Below, piece after piece: positions 36,672 to 49,687 of a DNA stretch of 64,000 nucleotides. Source of the stretch: Cetorhinus maximus (taxonomy: Eukaryota); NCBI RefSeq assembly GCF_964194155.1, contig NC_135881.1:75578001-75642000 (forward strand). The letters are read 5' to 3'. Position numbers and translations under genes: made by a program. The notes below the pieces were generated by a model. It worked only from the letters and a program-made list of their open reading frames with translations, had not been told where the DNA came from and made no database searches. The stretch's first letter is position 1. Every line of letters starts with the position of its first letter.

Positions 36672-38575
36672 TAAGAAAATACACAGCAGGTCTGGCAGTA
36701 TCAGTGGAGAGAGAAAGAGTGTTAACATTTCAGGTCAAGGGCCTTCAGAACTAAAGGAAGATAGGCATGTAATAGGTTTTGTGCAAGTGAAAGGAGGGAG
36801 GGGAGGAAGAACAAAAGGGGTCTGTGATGGGGTACAGGGCAGAAGAGAGTAAATGACAAAAAATTTCATGGTACAAAAGGCAGAGGCAGTGGTAATGGCT
36901 GTAGCAAAGAAACAAAAGATTTAACCAGAGTGAGTGTTAATGGCAGAATATTGAACAGCTGGGTCCAAAAACAAAAACATCAAAAACAAGATAAAGACAG
37001 CCACATGCAAAAAATAAAAAATGGGGACAGAGATTACAGCCTAAAATTGTTGAACTCAATGTTGAGCCCAGAAGACTGTAAAGTAATCAAAAGATGAATT
37101 GCTGTTCCTTGAGCTTGTGCTGAGTTTCATTGGAACACTATACTAGACCAAGGACAGAGATGTCAGCATGAGGGCAAAGTGGAGAATAAAATGGCAGGAA
37201 CCGAAAACTTGGGGTCATGCTTGAGGACCTACCAGAGGTGTTCCGCAAAGCGGCCACCCTATCTCCGTTTGGTCTCCCTAGTGTAGCGGGGAACCACATT
37301 GTGAGTAGTGAATACAGTATATTAAATTGAAAGAAGTACACGTAAACTGCTGCTTCACCTGGAAGGAGTATTTGGGGTCTTAGGTAGTTGGAGGGGGAAG
37401 AGGAGGAAAAATGGCATCTATTACATCTCCTACATTTGTACAGGAAAGTGGCGTGGGAAGGGGTCAAGGTGATTGAGGAGTGGACCAAAACACTGGGGAG
37501 GGAACCGGCCCTTCAGATTGCTGACTGACAGGGAGGGGAGGAGAAGGTGTGTTTGATGGTGGCATCACACTGGATGTGGCAGGAATGGCAGAGGATGATC
37601 CATTGAATGCGGAGGCTGGTGGGGTGGAAGGTGAGGACAAGGGGGACTCTATCATGGTTCTGGGAGGGCGGGCAAAGGGCAGGTGTAGAAGTGTTGAAAT
37701 GAGTCAGGCACAGTCAATGGCCTTGACAACCACACGTGGCAGGGGAATATACTTAGAATACTTTGACAGCACCTTTCAAATCCACAAATGCTACCACCAA
37801 GAAGAACAAGGACAGCAATGCATGGGAACACCACCACCTGCAAGTTCCCCTCCAAGCCACACACCACCCTGACTTGGAACTGCATCACCGTTCTTTCACT
37901 GTTGCTGGGTCTATATCCTGGAATTCCCTCCCTAACAGCACTGTGAGTGTACCTACACCACATGGACTGCAGCAGTTGAAGAGGGCTCAGCATGATCTTC
38001 TCAAGGGGAATTAGGGTTGGGCAACCAATAATGGCCTAGCCATAAATGCCCACATCCTGTGAAAGAATTAGAAAAAAGAAAAAAGAAGACATATTAGAAG
38101 CACTGTTGTGAAAGGTTGCATCATCAGAACAGTTGTGACAGAGGGAGAAACGGAGAATGGAATGGAGTCCTTACAGGAAGCATGGTGTGAAGAAGTGTAG
38201 TTGAGTTAGCTGTGGGAGTCAGTGGGCTTATCATGAATATTAGTTGATAAGTCTCCAGCAATAGACAAAGAAATTGAGGAAGGGAAAGGAAGAGTTGGAA
38301 ATGTGCCATGTGAAGGTGAGAGAAGGGTGGAAATTGGAAGCCAAGTTGAAGAAGCTTTCCAGTTCTGGAACAGAACAGAAAAGGCACCAATACAGTAATC
38401 AATGTACCAAAAATGAGTAGAATCCCAAGTATGGCTGGAACAAGGAATGTTCCACATATCCTACGAAATGTTAGGCATAGATAGGACTCATGAGGTTATC
38501 AATAGCAACACCTTTATTTTGGAGGGAGTGAGATGAGTTAAAGTAGAAAATGTTCAGTGAGAGAACCAGTAAACT
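36672..38575 (-). mobile_element. Penelope-like element (RT end, GIY-YIG, terminal repeat) interrupted by a LINE 3' end
   Basis: Aligns to 25841-26764; CRRCNRC and LSIAGDLSTNIHDKPTDSHS on the minus strand. Confidence 0.85.
37755..38085 (+). mobile_element. 3' end of the second LINE family inserted in Penelope
   Basis: WEHHHLQVPLQATHHPD..SWNSLPNST..LLKGN; A-rich tail at 38072-38085. Confidence 0.9.
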
Positions 38576-39187
38576 CTTTTAGATAAGCTTTACCACCACA
38601 TTGAAACATCTCTTAGAAGACAGTAGTGTTCAAAATTCAGACTGCTAAAGTTTAGATTTTCAGCTTGGTGACTAAACTGCAGAGACCTCAGTCAGCCTTC
38701 TAAGTTTGGTGCAAGCACCACAACATTCTGTTAAGTACAATCTCAAAGCATACATGCAATGATGCACATTTCAGTCCTGACGTGCTAACTTTCACTTATT
38801 TAAATACTTACTTAAATACTTAAAACCAAAACCATTTTGCTACAGTGCATCTTTGACACCCTCAATTGCTACATGCAAAGTTGCCTTCACTCATTACTTT
38901 CCTAGGAAGCTGAATCATGACAATAATTTCTGTAACAAATGGCTTCATATCTGTGTAAACACGTCTGTTAATTGAAAATTCATTGCATGTTTAATTGTAT
39001 TCAAGGTGTAGGCACTAACTGGGGATTTATCTGCACTCATAAATGTAGAAGCTGGCTGAAACTGTGTTGAATGGATCTTGAGGTGCATATGTAATATACA
39101 TCTCTGTGAATAAAAGCTTGTAAGTCTATTAAGAATTAGTTCCATTTATATCCTTCATTGCCTGGCTATTTGAATTTAAACATCTAC

Positions 39188-39451
39188 TGTTAGATGCATA
39201 ATGTAGAGTGAAGTGTAGGGTATACATGATGCTGATGTAATAATGATGTCAGGTCACATGACTGAGAAGCAAAAGAGATCTGGAAAGTGGAGAAGCTCCA
39301 ACCTCTTGTAGAGTTCCAAATGTACAAATAATTGTTGTAAATAAAGAGTAATGGTTTTGAGAAACTATAGCATTGAGCAACACACTTTGGGAGAGCAGGC
39401 AACCCCCAAAACCCCTTTCTAGATCTTGACCACACAATGAAACACACAACA
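39188..39451 (+). mobile_element. Possible short solo LTR
   Basis: TGTT...AACA termini and internal AATAAA near 39339; no TSD found. Confidence 0.3.
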
Positions 39452-40338
39452 GCCATTACTTGCTATTGTATAACATTTACAGTATAAACTTCTTACATCT
39501 GCTTCTCTTCTTATGGGATAGTGCGATGCATTACTTTTGATAACAGACTAGCAGAAAAAAGTCCATATAATCGCCAGGCCCTCAGTTCTTTGAAAAGGTG
39601 ACATTCACATGACAGGTAGCTATCATAATATTGGTCTCATTATACTAACACAAAATATTTACAGAGTCTGCTGAGGTAGGGAAAATGCTAACTTTATTTG
39701 AGAAACAACTTACTATGGCTCAATCTTGCCATGAGGTTCATAAGAGAGAGCAAGGCCATGAGCTATTGTATCACTTCCTGTGAAGATGTATACTGTGCCT
39801 CATTAGCATATCACACACTTGGAATTAACCCCCTGTACTGCAACTATCACAGTGTGGATTGTTGGAGTCCAGCCCCCAAAGCTGAGGTGTGTACATTTTT
39901 ATCATCCAAATTATTCTCATCCTATCTACTCATCCACCCACTGACGGACACCAGAGCCAGCATATTAGCACAAGAATGTGGAACTCCTTATGCACAAATT
40001 TTAACCATTGTAATATCTCTTCCTTCTCTAGCTGTGAAATGGGAGCAATTTCACCTGAGCATTGTGCTGAAGTAGCCAAGAGCTTGACTGCTTCACTCTA
40101 CCTTAATCTGCTAATGTCAGCTCACATACATCTTCTGTATGGGAGTTTCTGTATTATCAATGATAAAGATGTGTAAGTGATTCACAAAGCACAGGTGGGC
40201 AGGAGGACTGGTGATGGAAGCAAAGGAAGAATGGGAACCTGCTGTCCAAAAGTCTCGCTTGTCTTTTTATTTCTCACAGACCCCACAGGATCTGCTTTGA
40301 AAAGGAAACTTGAGGAACAGCACCTCTCCTTTTGATAC

Positions 40339-41450
40339 TTTTTTTATTTATTCATTCACGGGATATGGGCTTCGCTGGCTGGGCCAGCATTTATTGCCCA
40401 TCCCTAGTTGCCCTTGAGAAGGTGGTCGTGAGCTGCCTTCTTGAGCCGCTGCAGTCCATGTGATGTAGGTACACCCACAGTGCTGTTAAGGAGGGAGTTC
40501 CAGGATTTTGACCCAGCGACAGTGAATGAACGGCGATATATTTCCAAGTCAGGATGGTGAGTGACTTGGAGGGGAACTTCCAGGTGATGACGTTCCCAGA
40601 TATATCTGCTGCCTTTATCCTTCTTGGTGGTAGCAGTCATGGGTTTGGAAGGTGCAGTCAAAGGAATCTTGGTGAGTTGCTGCAGTGCATCCTGTAGATG
40701 GTACACACTGCTGCACTGTGCGTCGATGATGGACGGAGTGGATGTTGAAGGTGGTGGATGGGGTGCCAATCAAACGGGCTGCTTTGGCCTGGTTGGCATT
40801 GAGTTTCTTGAGTGTTGTTGAAGCTGTACTCAACAAGGCATTGAAGAATATTCCATCACATTCCTGACTTGTGCCTTGTAGATGGTGGACAGGCTTTGGG
40901 AAGTCAGGAGATTTTTTTTATTCATTCATGGGATATGGGCCTCGCTGGCTGGGCCAGCATTCATTGCCCATCCCTGGTTGCCTTTGAGAAGGTGGTGGTG
41001 AGCTACTCTGCAGATTTCCCAGCCCCTGATCTGCCCTTGTAGCTGTAGTATTTATATGGCTAGTCCAGTTAAGTTTCTGGTCAATGGTAACCCCTAGGAT
41101 GTTGATAGTGGGGATTCAGCAATGGTAATGCTATTGAATGTCAAGGGGAGATGGTTAGATTTTCTCCTGTTGGAGATGGTTATTGCCTGGCCCTTATGTG
41201 GTGCAAATGTTACTTGCCACTTATCAGCCCAAGCCTGGATATTGTCCAGGTCTTGCTGCACATGGATACAGGCTGATTCAGTATCTGAGGAGTCGCGAAT
41301 GGTGCTGAACATTGTGCAATCATCAGCGAACAAGCCAACTTCTGACCTTATGAAGGAGAGAAAGTCATTAATGAAGCTGCAAAAGATGGTTGGGCCTAGG
41401 ACACTACCCTGAGGCACTCCTGCAGTGATGCCCTGGAGCTGAGATGATTA
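40339..41450 (-). mobile_element. Second LINE family, RT C-terminus and 3' end
   Basis: PQGSVLGPTIFCSFIND..FADDCT; colinear with 9030-10040. Confidence 0.92.
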
Positions 41451-42299
41451 GGCATTTTACAGCTTTCCAGACTCAACACAGAGTTCCAAAGTGTCAGACC
41501 TTGACTCCTGCCCCTATTTTGTTTCCTTGTTCTTTGCTTATTTTGTTTTTTTCATTTTGTTTCTTTGTTTTTTTTGCTGTCGGGTGAAAACTGTTTGTGA
41601 TTCTGCAAGTCACAGCTCCTCTCAACACATCTTTTTAGAGTTGTAACCACATCATTTTCTCCCAAGTAAAGTCACAAGTCATATTTTTAAAGCCAAAGTC
41701 AGTGGTTGGGATTTTCTGCTTCCACCTGGGGAATTGGGAATCGTGGCAGGTGGGAGCACTAAATTTGGAGTGAAGAGAAATGTCAGTTACCTGCCGGTGG
41801 CAAAATAAGTTGGAATTTTCCTTCCCCGACTTTCATGGTGGGTCAAGTTTGCCCCTGCTCCATGCCGGGAAGCACATTTTCACCACTTTGCATCTCGTGA
41901 ATGCTCATTAAAAACACAACACTGGACTCACGTTCACACTCCAAATTTAAATGTCCCACCAGCGGATAATTCGAACCGTCTGTTTCACGACCGGCGTGTA
42001 CCTGGCAACCTCCACTTCGCTAGTGAGTTCAAGGTACGTAGGTGCTTCTTTCATCTGCCTTTCACAGCGCTACTGCAAGGTCTCGGTGCTTCTCTGAAGA
42101 GGCGCCAAGGCTGCTGCACGAGAGGCAATACCAGCAGGAAGGGGGAAGACACAGGTATGGTTGGGGGGAGTGCGTGGAGCAAGGGAGGGAAGGCAGGAAC
42201 ACAGACGCATGACTGGGAGGGGACACGAGTGGGGCACAGGATGGAAGGGGGAAAGGCAGATGCATGACGGAGGGGTGGGGGGAGTTGTCAAAGGTACAG

Positions 42300-42945
42300 A
42301 GAGTGGTAGTATGAGACACCCTGAAGCTGAGGGCACACTGTCGGGGCAGGTTCAGAATACAGTCCTGTGGCTGAGGGCACATTGCTGGGGGCAGCAGCAG
42401 AAGGCAGCCCTGGGATTGAGCGGGCCACGCTAGAGGACTCTGCCTGGCATGCATGTCTTGTTCCTGGTCCTGGGGGGGGAAGGCCTCTCTGGGCAGCGAT
42501 GGGTTGGGCACAGCATGCTGTGCAGGCATGGTCAGTGCACAACAGAGGTTGATCCTGGGGGTTGGTGGATCCATATTGGGAAACAGATGGCATAGTCACG
42601 GTCAGGGGAGGTATCTGCATCCGGTAAAGGGGGAGCTGGTAAGTCCTGGGCAGATATTAGAAGGTCTCATGGGGGAGATGTCCTGGAAAATTCACGATAC
42701 TTGTGGCCTCAAGAAGGGGAGGGGTCAGGTCCACATAAGGAATGGGCACATCGACAGAAAAGGGTTCGGGGGAACACAGGAATATCAGCATAAATGAAGG
42801 TTAGCTCCAGGGTGACAAGGGAGAGGCAGGAGGGTGATTGGACGGAGGGGAGTTAGGATGTGGTGAGGATGGAGGAGGATAGGTGGGACTTGAAGAGTAA
42901 TGAGGGAGTTTGGAAGCTGGCCTTAAACAGAAACTGCAGTACCAC
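42300..42945 (-). pseudogene. Harbinger type-B ORF3, Pro/Val/Ile/Thr-rich protein of unknown function (frameshifted)
   Basis: Manual translation VLQFLFKASFQTP/ITLQVPPILLHP/PEPFSVDVPIPYVDLTPPLLEA/RMQIPPLTVTMPSVSQY aligns to 54886-55595; 3' end uncertain. Confidence 0.65.
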
Positions 42946-43482
42946 AAGGCACCCCAATAATTTTCAGCTTAATTCCTGCAGATCATGGCCAGAATTTTCC
43001 TGTTGGCATGAGGGGGCGGGCCCCGCATACTGACGTGTAAAATGACACGTGGTGATGTCGGGTGAGCGTCCCAATGTCACTGCGTGCCATCGCGATATTT
43101 AGGTGGGCGGGCGTGTGATGTTCTCCGATGCGCGCCCGCCATTAACTAATCATGTAGTTAAGGCCCTTGAGGCAGCAACTGATGGCAATTTTTCAGGGCC
43201 CGTAAAATCTTCAGGACGCCGCAAGGGCGCAACGGGCAGGTTGGTAGGAGACATTTGTATAAATCTCAACCACGGGCGGGATAAGAGGGGTGAGTGGGGT
43301 CATGAATGTTATCTGTCAGATATTTAAGTGTGAAAGTTACTGATACTTGCCTGTGTGAGCAGGAATACTTCAAAACTCATAACAGCTGCTTGGACAGGAG
43401 TCATATCCTTCAGGTCAGGACTCTACAGTAAAGATCATTTTTGGGGCCTGGAGCTTTCAAGAAGCCTTCCCTTAGCCTGGAA

Positions 43483-44719
43483 ATGGGAGTTGTGCTCTCC
43501 ACTGGAGGCACCTCTTCTGAGGAGGAAGGGAGGGCCAGAAGGGGGAGGAGGCCAGGAATCCACATTCAGCCTCCAGGGAGGCAACCTTTGGGAGGAGAGG
43601 TGCAGGAACAAGGGGTGCAGGGCCAGCCGGAAGTCCAAGGTGGAAGGGGGCCGCAGAAGATGCCACTATCCTGCTGCCAGGGTATACGGGTAGCGAGGCA
43701 GCTACCTCAATATGTCTGAGGTGTAGTGCCAAATGAGGCTCCATCTCTCAAGGGAGACAGTCACCTCCATCTGCCAGATGATAGGCCCTGAGATCTGCAC
43801 AAACTGTGTGGGTGGCCACCCCATGCCAGTGGCACTAAAGGTCACGGCTGCCCTCAACCTCTATGCCTCCGGCTCTTTCCAGGGCTCAGTGGGTGATCTT
43901 TGCGGTGTCTCCCAATCAGCTGTCCACACTTGAATCAAGCAGGTGACAGATGCTCTGTTCAGGCGTGCATTGACATCCATCCACTTCCGTTGGGACCAGG
44001 CAAGCCAGACACAGTGAACCAGAGGCTTCGCGGCCATTGCTGGCTTCCCCCGTGTCCAGGGTGCTATAGACTGTACGCATGTGGCCATCAAGGAGCCAGC
44101 GGGTGAGCCCGGTGCCTTCGTCAACAGGAAGGGCTTCCACTCCACGAACGTGCAGATAGTGTGTGATCACAGGATGCGGATTCTACAAGTCTATGCAAGG
44201 TACCCAGGCAGCTCCCACGACGCCTACAACCTCAGACACTCCCAGGTGCCGAGGCTCTACAATCCTCTAGCCCGGCTGGATGGATGGCTACTGGGTGACA
44301 AGGGCTATCCCCTCAGAAGATGGCTCATGACGCCTCTCCGCCACCCAAAAACAGAAGCTGAGCAGTGGTACAATAGGAGCCACGCCTCCACAAGGGCTGT
44401 GGTGGAGAGAACCATCGGTCTTCTCAAGACGCGCTTCCGATGCCTGGACCACTCAGGGGACGCACTCCAATACCCCCCAGATCGTGTGTCACTGATAGTG
44501 GTTGCATGCTGTGCTCTCCACAAGCTGGCGCTGGAAAGGGGTGATGCAGTGGATGAGGAAGACATAGACGCAGTTGCTCCGGATGCACATGATGAGTCCA
44601 GCAGTGAGTCCGAGGATGAGCACACACAGCAGAATGCTGAAGGGGTAGATGCTGACCCGGGCATACTCCAGGGAGGCAGGGACACCTGGGAAGCTTTAAT
44701 TCAAAGAACCTTCAGCCAG
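43483..44719 (+). pseudogene. Harbinger (HARBI1-like) DDE transposase with in-frame stops
   Basis: [75 protein letters not shown]; several premature stops. Confidence 0.94.
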
Positions 44720-45044
44720 CCCACCACAGATGGACCCCCAACACACGCCAGGGCTCAAGTTCCATACTCGATACCTGAGTGGTAAATCTGCCTGGATAGT
44801 AACATGAACTAAGGCCATTGTCAATAAATCTCAATGGCAAACAACTCACTCATAACATCATGGGTTCCAATCCACCTGCAGAAGTAAGGAATCACCCTGA
44901 GGCATGGCAACATATCATAATTTAATGAGATTACAAACGTAACTTCAGAAACCAAAAAGCAAAAAGGTGTTGCACATCACACCAAGTCTTCAATAAACTA
45001 CTATGGGGCAACATAAAAGCACCAGTGAGAAATCCTTGGTGTGC

Positions 45045-47286
45045 CTAAGATGCCTTAAATTTATTCTTATGAGTACTACGCCTAGATGTTGTCGCCTCGC
45101 TAGCACTGCATCTGAGACAGCCTGCTCACTGTGCTGTCCTGTTGGCCTCAATGACCTTGGCAGGCATCCCCTGGCCTGTGGAGCCTTTGATGGCCCCACC
45201 TGGGAGGGAGCTGCCAGTTCCACGGCTGGCATCTCCCCAGTTGCCGCAGCCCCATCGGATGCCACAGTCACTGACAGAGGGGTGGAGGAGCTGCTGCTCT
45301 CATCCGGAGCACCCTGAGAGTAGTCTGCAGAGATGACAAGCAGCTGCTGCATCAACGTAAGGTTGCTTTGGACCTCCCTGTTCACCATAGATGGATTGGC
45401 ACCGAGCTGGGATACTTGGTGCCCAAACCATCCCCAACACGGGCAATGACCAGCTGAGGTCAATCCCGCTGTGAGGGCTTGCAGGTCCAAGTGCAACCCC
45501 AGGAGGCCCTGATTGTTTTCTGGAGGAACCTTTCCACGAGAGTCACCACTCGCTCCATGAAGGAAGCAAGATGTTCGGCCATGAGGCTCATTGCATTGGT
45601 GTTGCCCCGCATCAGCACGGGCACCATGCCACGCATTGCCTCATGTATCTCTGCCAGATCCTCCCGCATGCCCTGCTGCACTTCCAGCGTATGCTGCCTC
45701 ATGGATGACTCCAGAGGCACATCATCAGCCACCGGCCGAGCATGTGCCTGGTCCCCAGCAGTCCTCCGACTGCTGATGCCCTGGGCACTCTCTGTCTCTG
45801 CCCGTGCCTCAAGTGAGTGTGAAGTGCCCTCACCGCCATACCCCGGGATACTAGCTGAATATCTAATTTGCACCGAGGTGCCACTATCTGCGCTGGTGCC
45901 TTCTGGCAGAGATAGTGTGACGCTGGTGAGTGGATTCCCTCTGGGCCCTCAGGTGTGAGAGGATGGCCCCTCTGCCTCCTCCTCCTGGCCCTGTTCTGAT
46001 GATGCTGAAAGGAAGAACAAGGACGTTTGATTGTGGAGACAATTTCAATGTGCATGCCGGTCCCCTGGACCATTATGCGCTCATCCTTCCATAATCAATG
46101 GTCACCCCATGTTGCAAACTTCAATCACTGAGCATTCAGCAGTGCCATGGCTTCTGGGGCACACATGGTGACCTCAGCGCTCGGCAAACATACCTCCCAG
46201 TGATACCCCAGCCTCACCGCCACCGGTTGACCTGGGCGCATGGCGTCTCTCCAGATCCATGTCCTGCTGCTCAAAAAGTGTCAGGATTGCCAACCGGGCC
46301 TGGCCTCCGCCAGTCCGCATCTGCTCAGAGGAATTGTGCGTAGTCTTCTTCTGAAAAGGAGAGAAGAGCATTGATTTGTCCAGCCTGTAGCTGGATTCCC
46401 ATCGCATCCCTGGCAACCCAGCCAGAGTGGGACGTTGCAGGGCTCCAGTTCTTCGTTACCCTGCAGCTGCCGCACACTCACCCAAAGAAGCCAGGGCTGA
46501 CCACCCCCATTGCCCAAATACTGCCTCCTTCACATGTGGCACCACAAGGTGTAACCTTGCTAAGCAAGGAGGCACAAGCACGTGGAGCGCAAAGACCAAC
46601 AGATGGATTGGTGCCCCGCCAACTGGAAGTTCCCCTCCCAACATGTTAGTACCCTGACTTTGACATGCTTCCCAGTTCCAGCACTCTGCCTGGGTGCAGA
46701 TCCTTGACTTTCAACCCCATTCTACACTCTGGGTGTCAGTGTCACACATGCCGCGGGTGCAGAACCCATCTCAGCACAACCCTCTCAGGGTGAACTAGGC
46801 ATGGGCAATATCTGCTGGCCCACCCAGCGTGGGATACATGCCGTGAAGGATTCAATGTTGTAACTGTACTCGGAGTTACTGGGGGTGGGGTGGGGGGGGT
46901 GGGGTTGCGGTTGGGGGGAAAGGGTGACGGCTGCATTAAGTGACCAGAGCCAACATGGTACTCACCCTTCCCGAGTGCAGGAGGTCATTGAATCTTTTAC
47001 GGCACTGGGCCCATGTGCACCGCACCACATCATGGGAGCTCACACTCTCAGCCACCTCCTCCCATGCACGTTTGTTCAGATGGGGAGGCATCCGCCTCCC
47101 ATCCCTTGGAAGCAGGACCTCCGGCCGTGCTGCCATCTCCTCCAGGAGGGTAGCTAGGCACTCACCAGAGAAACGATGGGCATACTGCTCCGCTGGCCTA
47201 CCCTCCAGCCTGGCCTGCCCCACTGGCCTACCCTCCAGACTTGCGTGCTGCACAGTTACCCTCTGCTGTGCTCTTCTGCCAGCCAT
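45045..47286 (-). pseudogene. Harbinger Myb/SANT-like protein, 3 exons (47286-46966, 46350-46194, 46004-45045)
   Basis: Exons 1 and 2 splice in frame at GT-AG sites: RFSGECLATLLEE..AWEEVA..QCRKRFNDLLHSGR|KKTTHN..RTGGG; exon 3 frameshifted. Confidence 0.85.
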
Positions 47287-48154
47287 TGTAAGCAGTCTTG
47301 CAAAGGCTACCAGGCCTTCATTTAAACAGGCCGCCAGGTCACCATTGGATCCAGCAGTCTGTGCACGCCTGCCACCGCCCGCCTACTCCCGCTATCCTCG
47401 GGAGTCGAGAAATACGCTGGGCGGGCCTTAATTGGCCCGTCTGTGTAAAATGGCGGCACGGACCTGATTGCGGGCGGCGATCGGGTCCACGCCTGCCTAC
47501 TCCCGCTCAGCCCGCCCAACATGGGGAAAATTCTCCCCCATGGCTCAGCTGGGATCTGTTAACATGTGCCTTATGCCAATTGAAGCATTTTGACACCTTA
47601 ACTCATGGAGCACATTCATGCAAGAAGACATTAAGTCTTGGGGAAATGTTTGATTTGGTCTGATTGCCCACATGTGTGTAAGGGAAACATGTAATGAGGG
47701 AAGAGGGTGCAAATAATTAAGGTGCCACAGCTCATGGGCATAAGCATCAAGCTCTAGGCAAGGGTCCACATCATCATTTCAATGGTCATGTCTTACAGGC
47801 CACAACGCTTGCAGCCATGAAACTGGAGTGAGTCTGGACTAGTGTCTAGCTACAGGAGTCTAAAGGAGCCAGGCTGACGGTAGCCTGATTGAGGGTGAGT
47901 GCACATGGCTGTATTCACCCTGTTCATAACCCCATAGTCAACTCACTGTCATGTTGGAGTGGGCTGTTCAGCCACCTGTGAACCTTTAGGATGTGTTTCA
48001 GCATCAAGGGGTTGCCTGGGGAAGACATGTCATGAATGAGGGCAAGTCCATGGTTCCATGCTGGCCTCGTGCTATGCCGACTGAGGGAAGGCATTTCAGG
48101 GTAATATGCAATCATGTCTCCATTCTATTTGACCACAGATACAAGGAGGAGTGT

Positions 48155-48866
48155 ATGATGCAGGCTGTAGGTAATGCTGCCTTCTTGATAGCTCTCATAC
48201 AAGTTTGGGGAAGAAGGACTCGTCACTATAGGGCACAGCTTAAGGAAAAGCGCCACCCTGACGATCAAGAGCCAACAGGGGCTGAGGAAGGCCCTGATGC
48301 TGCCGAGGAGGAACCACATCCATGGAGGAATTTGGCATGACCAAGGGTTTTCAGAAGATGCCCATCATACTTAGAGAGGAGCGAGAGGCAGTGCCGTAGA
48401 TGCCTGCGATTGTCAAGGGATGTGATGGATCATATCTGCCAGATCCTCTGTAAGGATCTCACTCTGCATGGACTGGGAGGCCATCCAATGCTGGTCATGC
48501 TGAAGGTAACTGCCATTCTTAACTTTTGTGCCAGCGGATCATTCCAGGGCTCCATTGGAGACCTCTGAAGAATATCGCAACCCTCTGCTCATAAATGTAT
48601 AAGGGAGGATACCGCTGCCCTTTTCAATAAGGCACTATCATGCCCAGTTCTCCAAGGATGAAGCCAGCCAGGCTGCTAGAGCAGTGGGATTCGTAGCGAT
48701 CTCCGACGTCCCACAAGTGGAGCCTGTAATTGGCTGCACGCATGTGGCCTTAAGAGCTCCCTGGCAGCAGCTAGTTAGGTTTATCAGTAGAAAAGACTTC
48801 CACTCTCTCAACGTGCAGCTGATCTGTGATCGGCAAAAGCAGATAATGCAGGTTTGTGCGAGGTGT
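48155..48866 (+). pseudogene. Harbinger transposase of element B1, N-terminal half
   Basis: LKVTAILNFCASGSFQGS, VIGCTHVALRAP, RKDFHSLNVQLICD; truncated after QVCAR. Confidence 0.85.
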
Positions 48867-49372
48867 ACGGCTGTAGTAGTTAATGGTGTATGATGAGGGC
48901 CTTTGCTGGGGGAGGTGGGGGTGGGGGGGGCGGTGGCGGGGTTGGGGGATGAAGAAAGAGAGGAGAGGCACAAATAGCTGCGGCAGAATTGGATGCAAAA
49001 AAGATTGCAGGGTGGGTAGAATGATGGAAGTCTTGTGGGAATTTTGGATGGCTGTATTGGAAAAATGGAACAGGAGCGAAGGAGGGGCTGTGGGGGAAGA
49101 ATAGGACTGTGAGTGGGGGAATGCAGGGGGAGGAATGGGACTATGAGTCGGGGGAGTGCAGGAGGAAGAATGAGACCGTGAGTGGGGGGTGGTGGGGGCT
49201 TGCAGGTGGTCAAAGGGAACATGAATGGGGGGGCGGGTGGTGCAGGGGAGCAAGAGGAACGTGAGTTCAGAGGTAGGAGTCGGTGGTATCAATTGAAGAA
49301 TCCTGGGGGGGCAAAGCGAGGGAATTGGCTGTAGGATTGAATAGTTACATTTACAGGAGTTAATGTTATGCA

Positions 49373-49687
49373 CTAGGGTGGGAGGGTGAGGGTCCTGCGA
49401 AGACGAGTGAAGGGGCGGTTAGGGTTGTTGGAGAGGAAACAAAATGAAACGCAGATCTTTGGTGTGGGAAGGACAAGGGTGGGCATAGGAATGGTGACTG
49501 GGGTGGGCTCTTTGGGGAGGAACGGGATGTGGACATTCACTGTAACTGTTGCAGGGTGGGGTTCGAGGATGACCATGGAGAGGTTGATAGTGATACACGG
49601 GGGCATCATTGCTGATGGGGGGATGGTCTGGGTAATGGGGGGAGGGTAAAAGGTATTTAAACGAGCCTTGAAGAACACACTCACCAT
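49373..49687 (-). pseudogene. Diverged homologue of Harbinger ORF3 (104-aa ORF)
   Basis: MVSVFFKARLNT..PITQTIPP..VNVHIPFLPKEPTPVTIPMP aligns to both ORF3 copies; GCAGCCATGG Kozak context. Confidence 0.5.

Larger units (their letters stand above)
42987..47538 (+). mobile_element. PIF/Harbinger element A2, full length (4552 bp), TSD CAT
   Basis: TIRs GGCCAGAATTTT / AAAATTCTCCCC; CAT at 42984-42986 and 47539-47541; both genes present. Confidence 0.93.

Noticed and set aside
44081-44785. 234-aa ORF as the domesticated host gene HARBI1
   Set aside because: It lies between TIRs with a TSD, has upstream in-frame stops and has several paralogues in the window, so it is a transposon copy.
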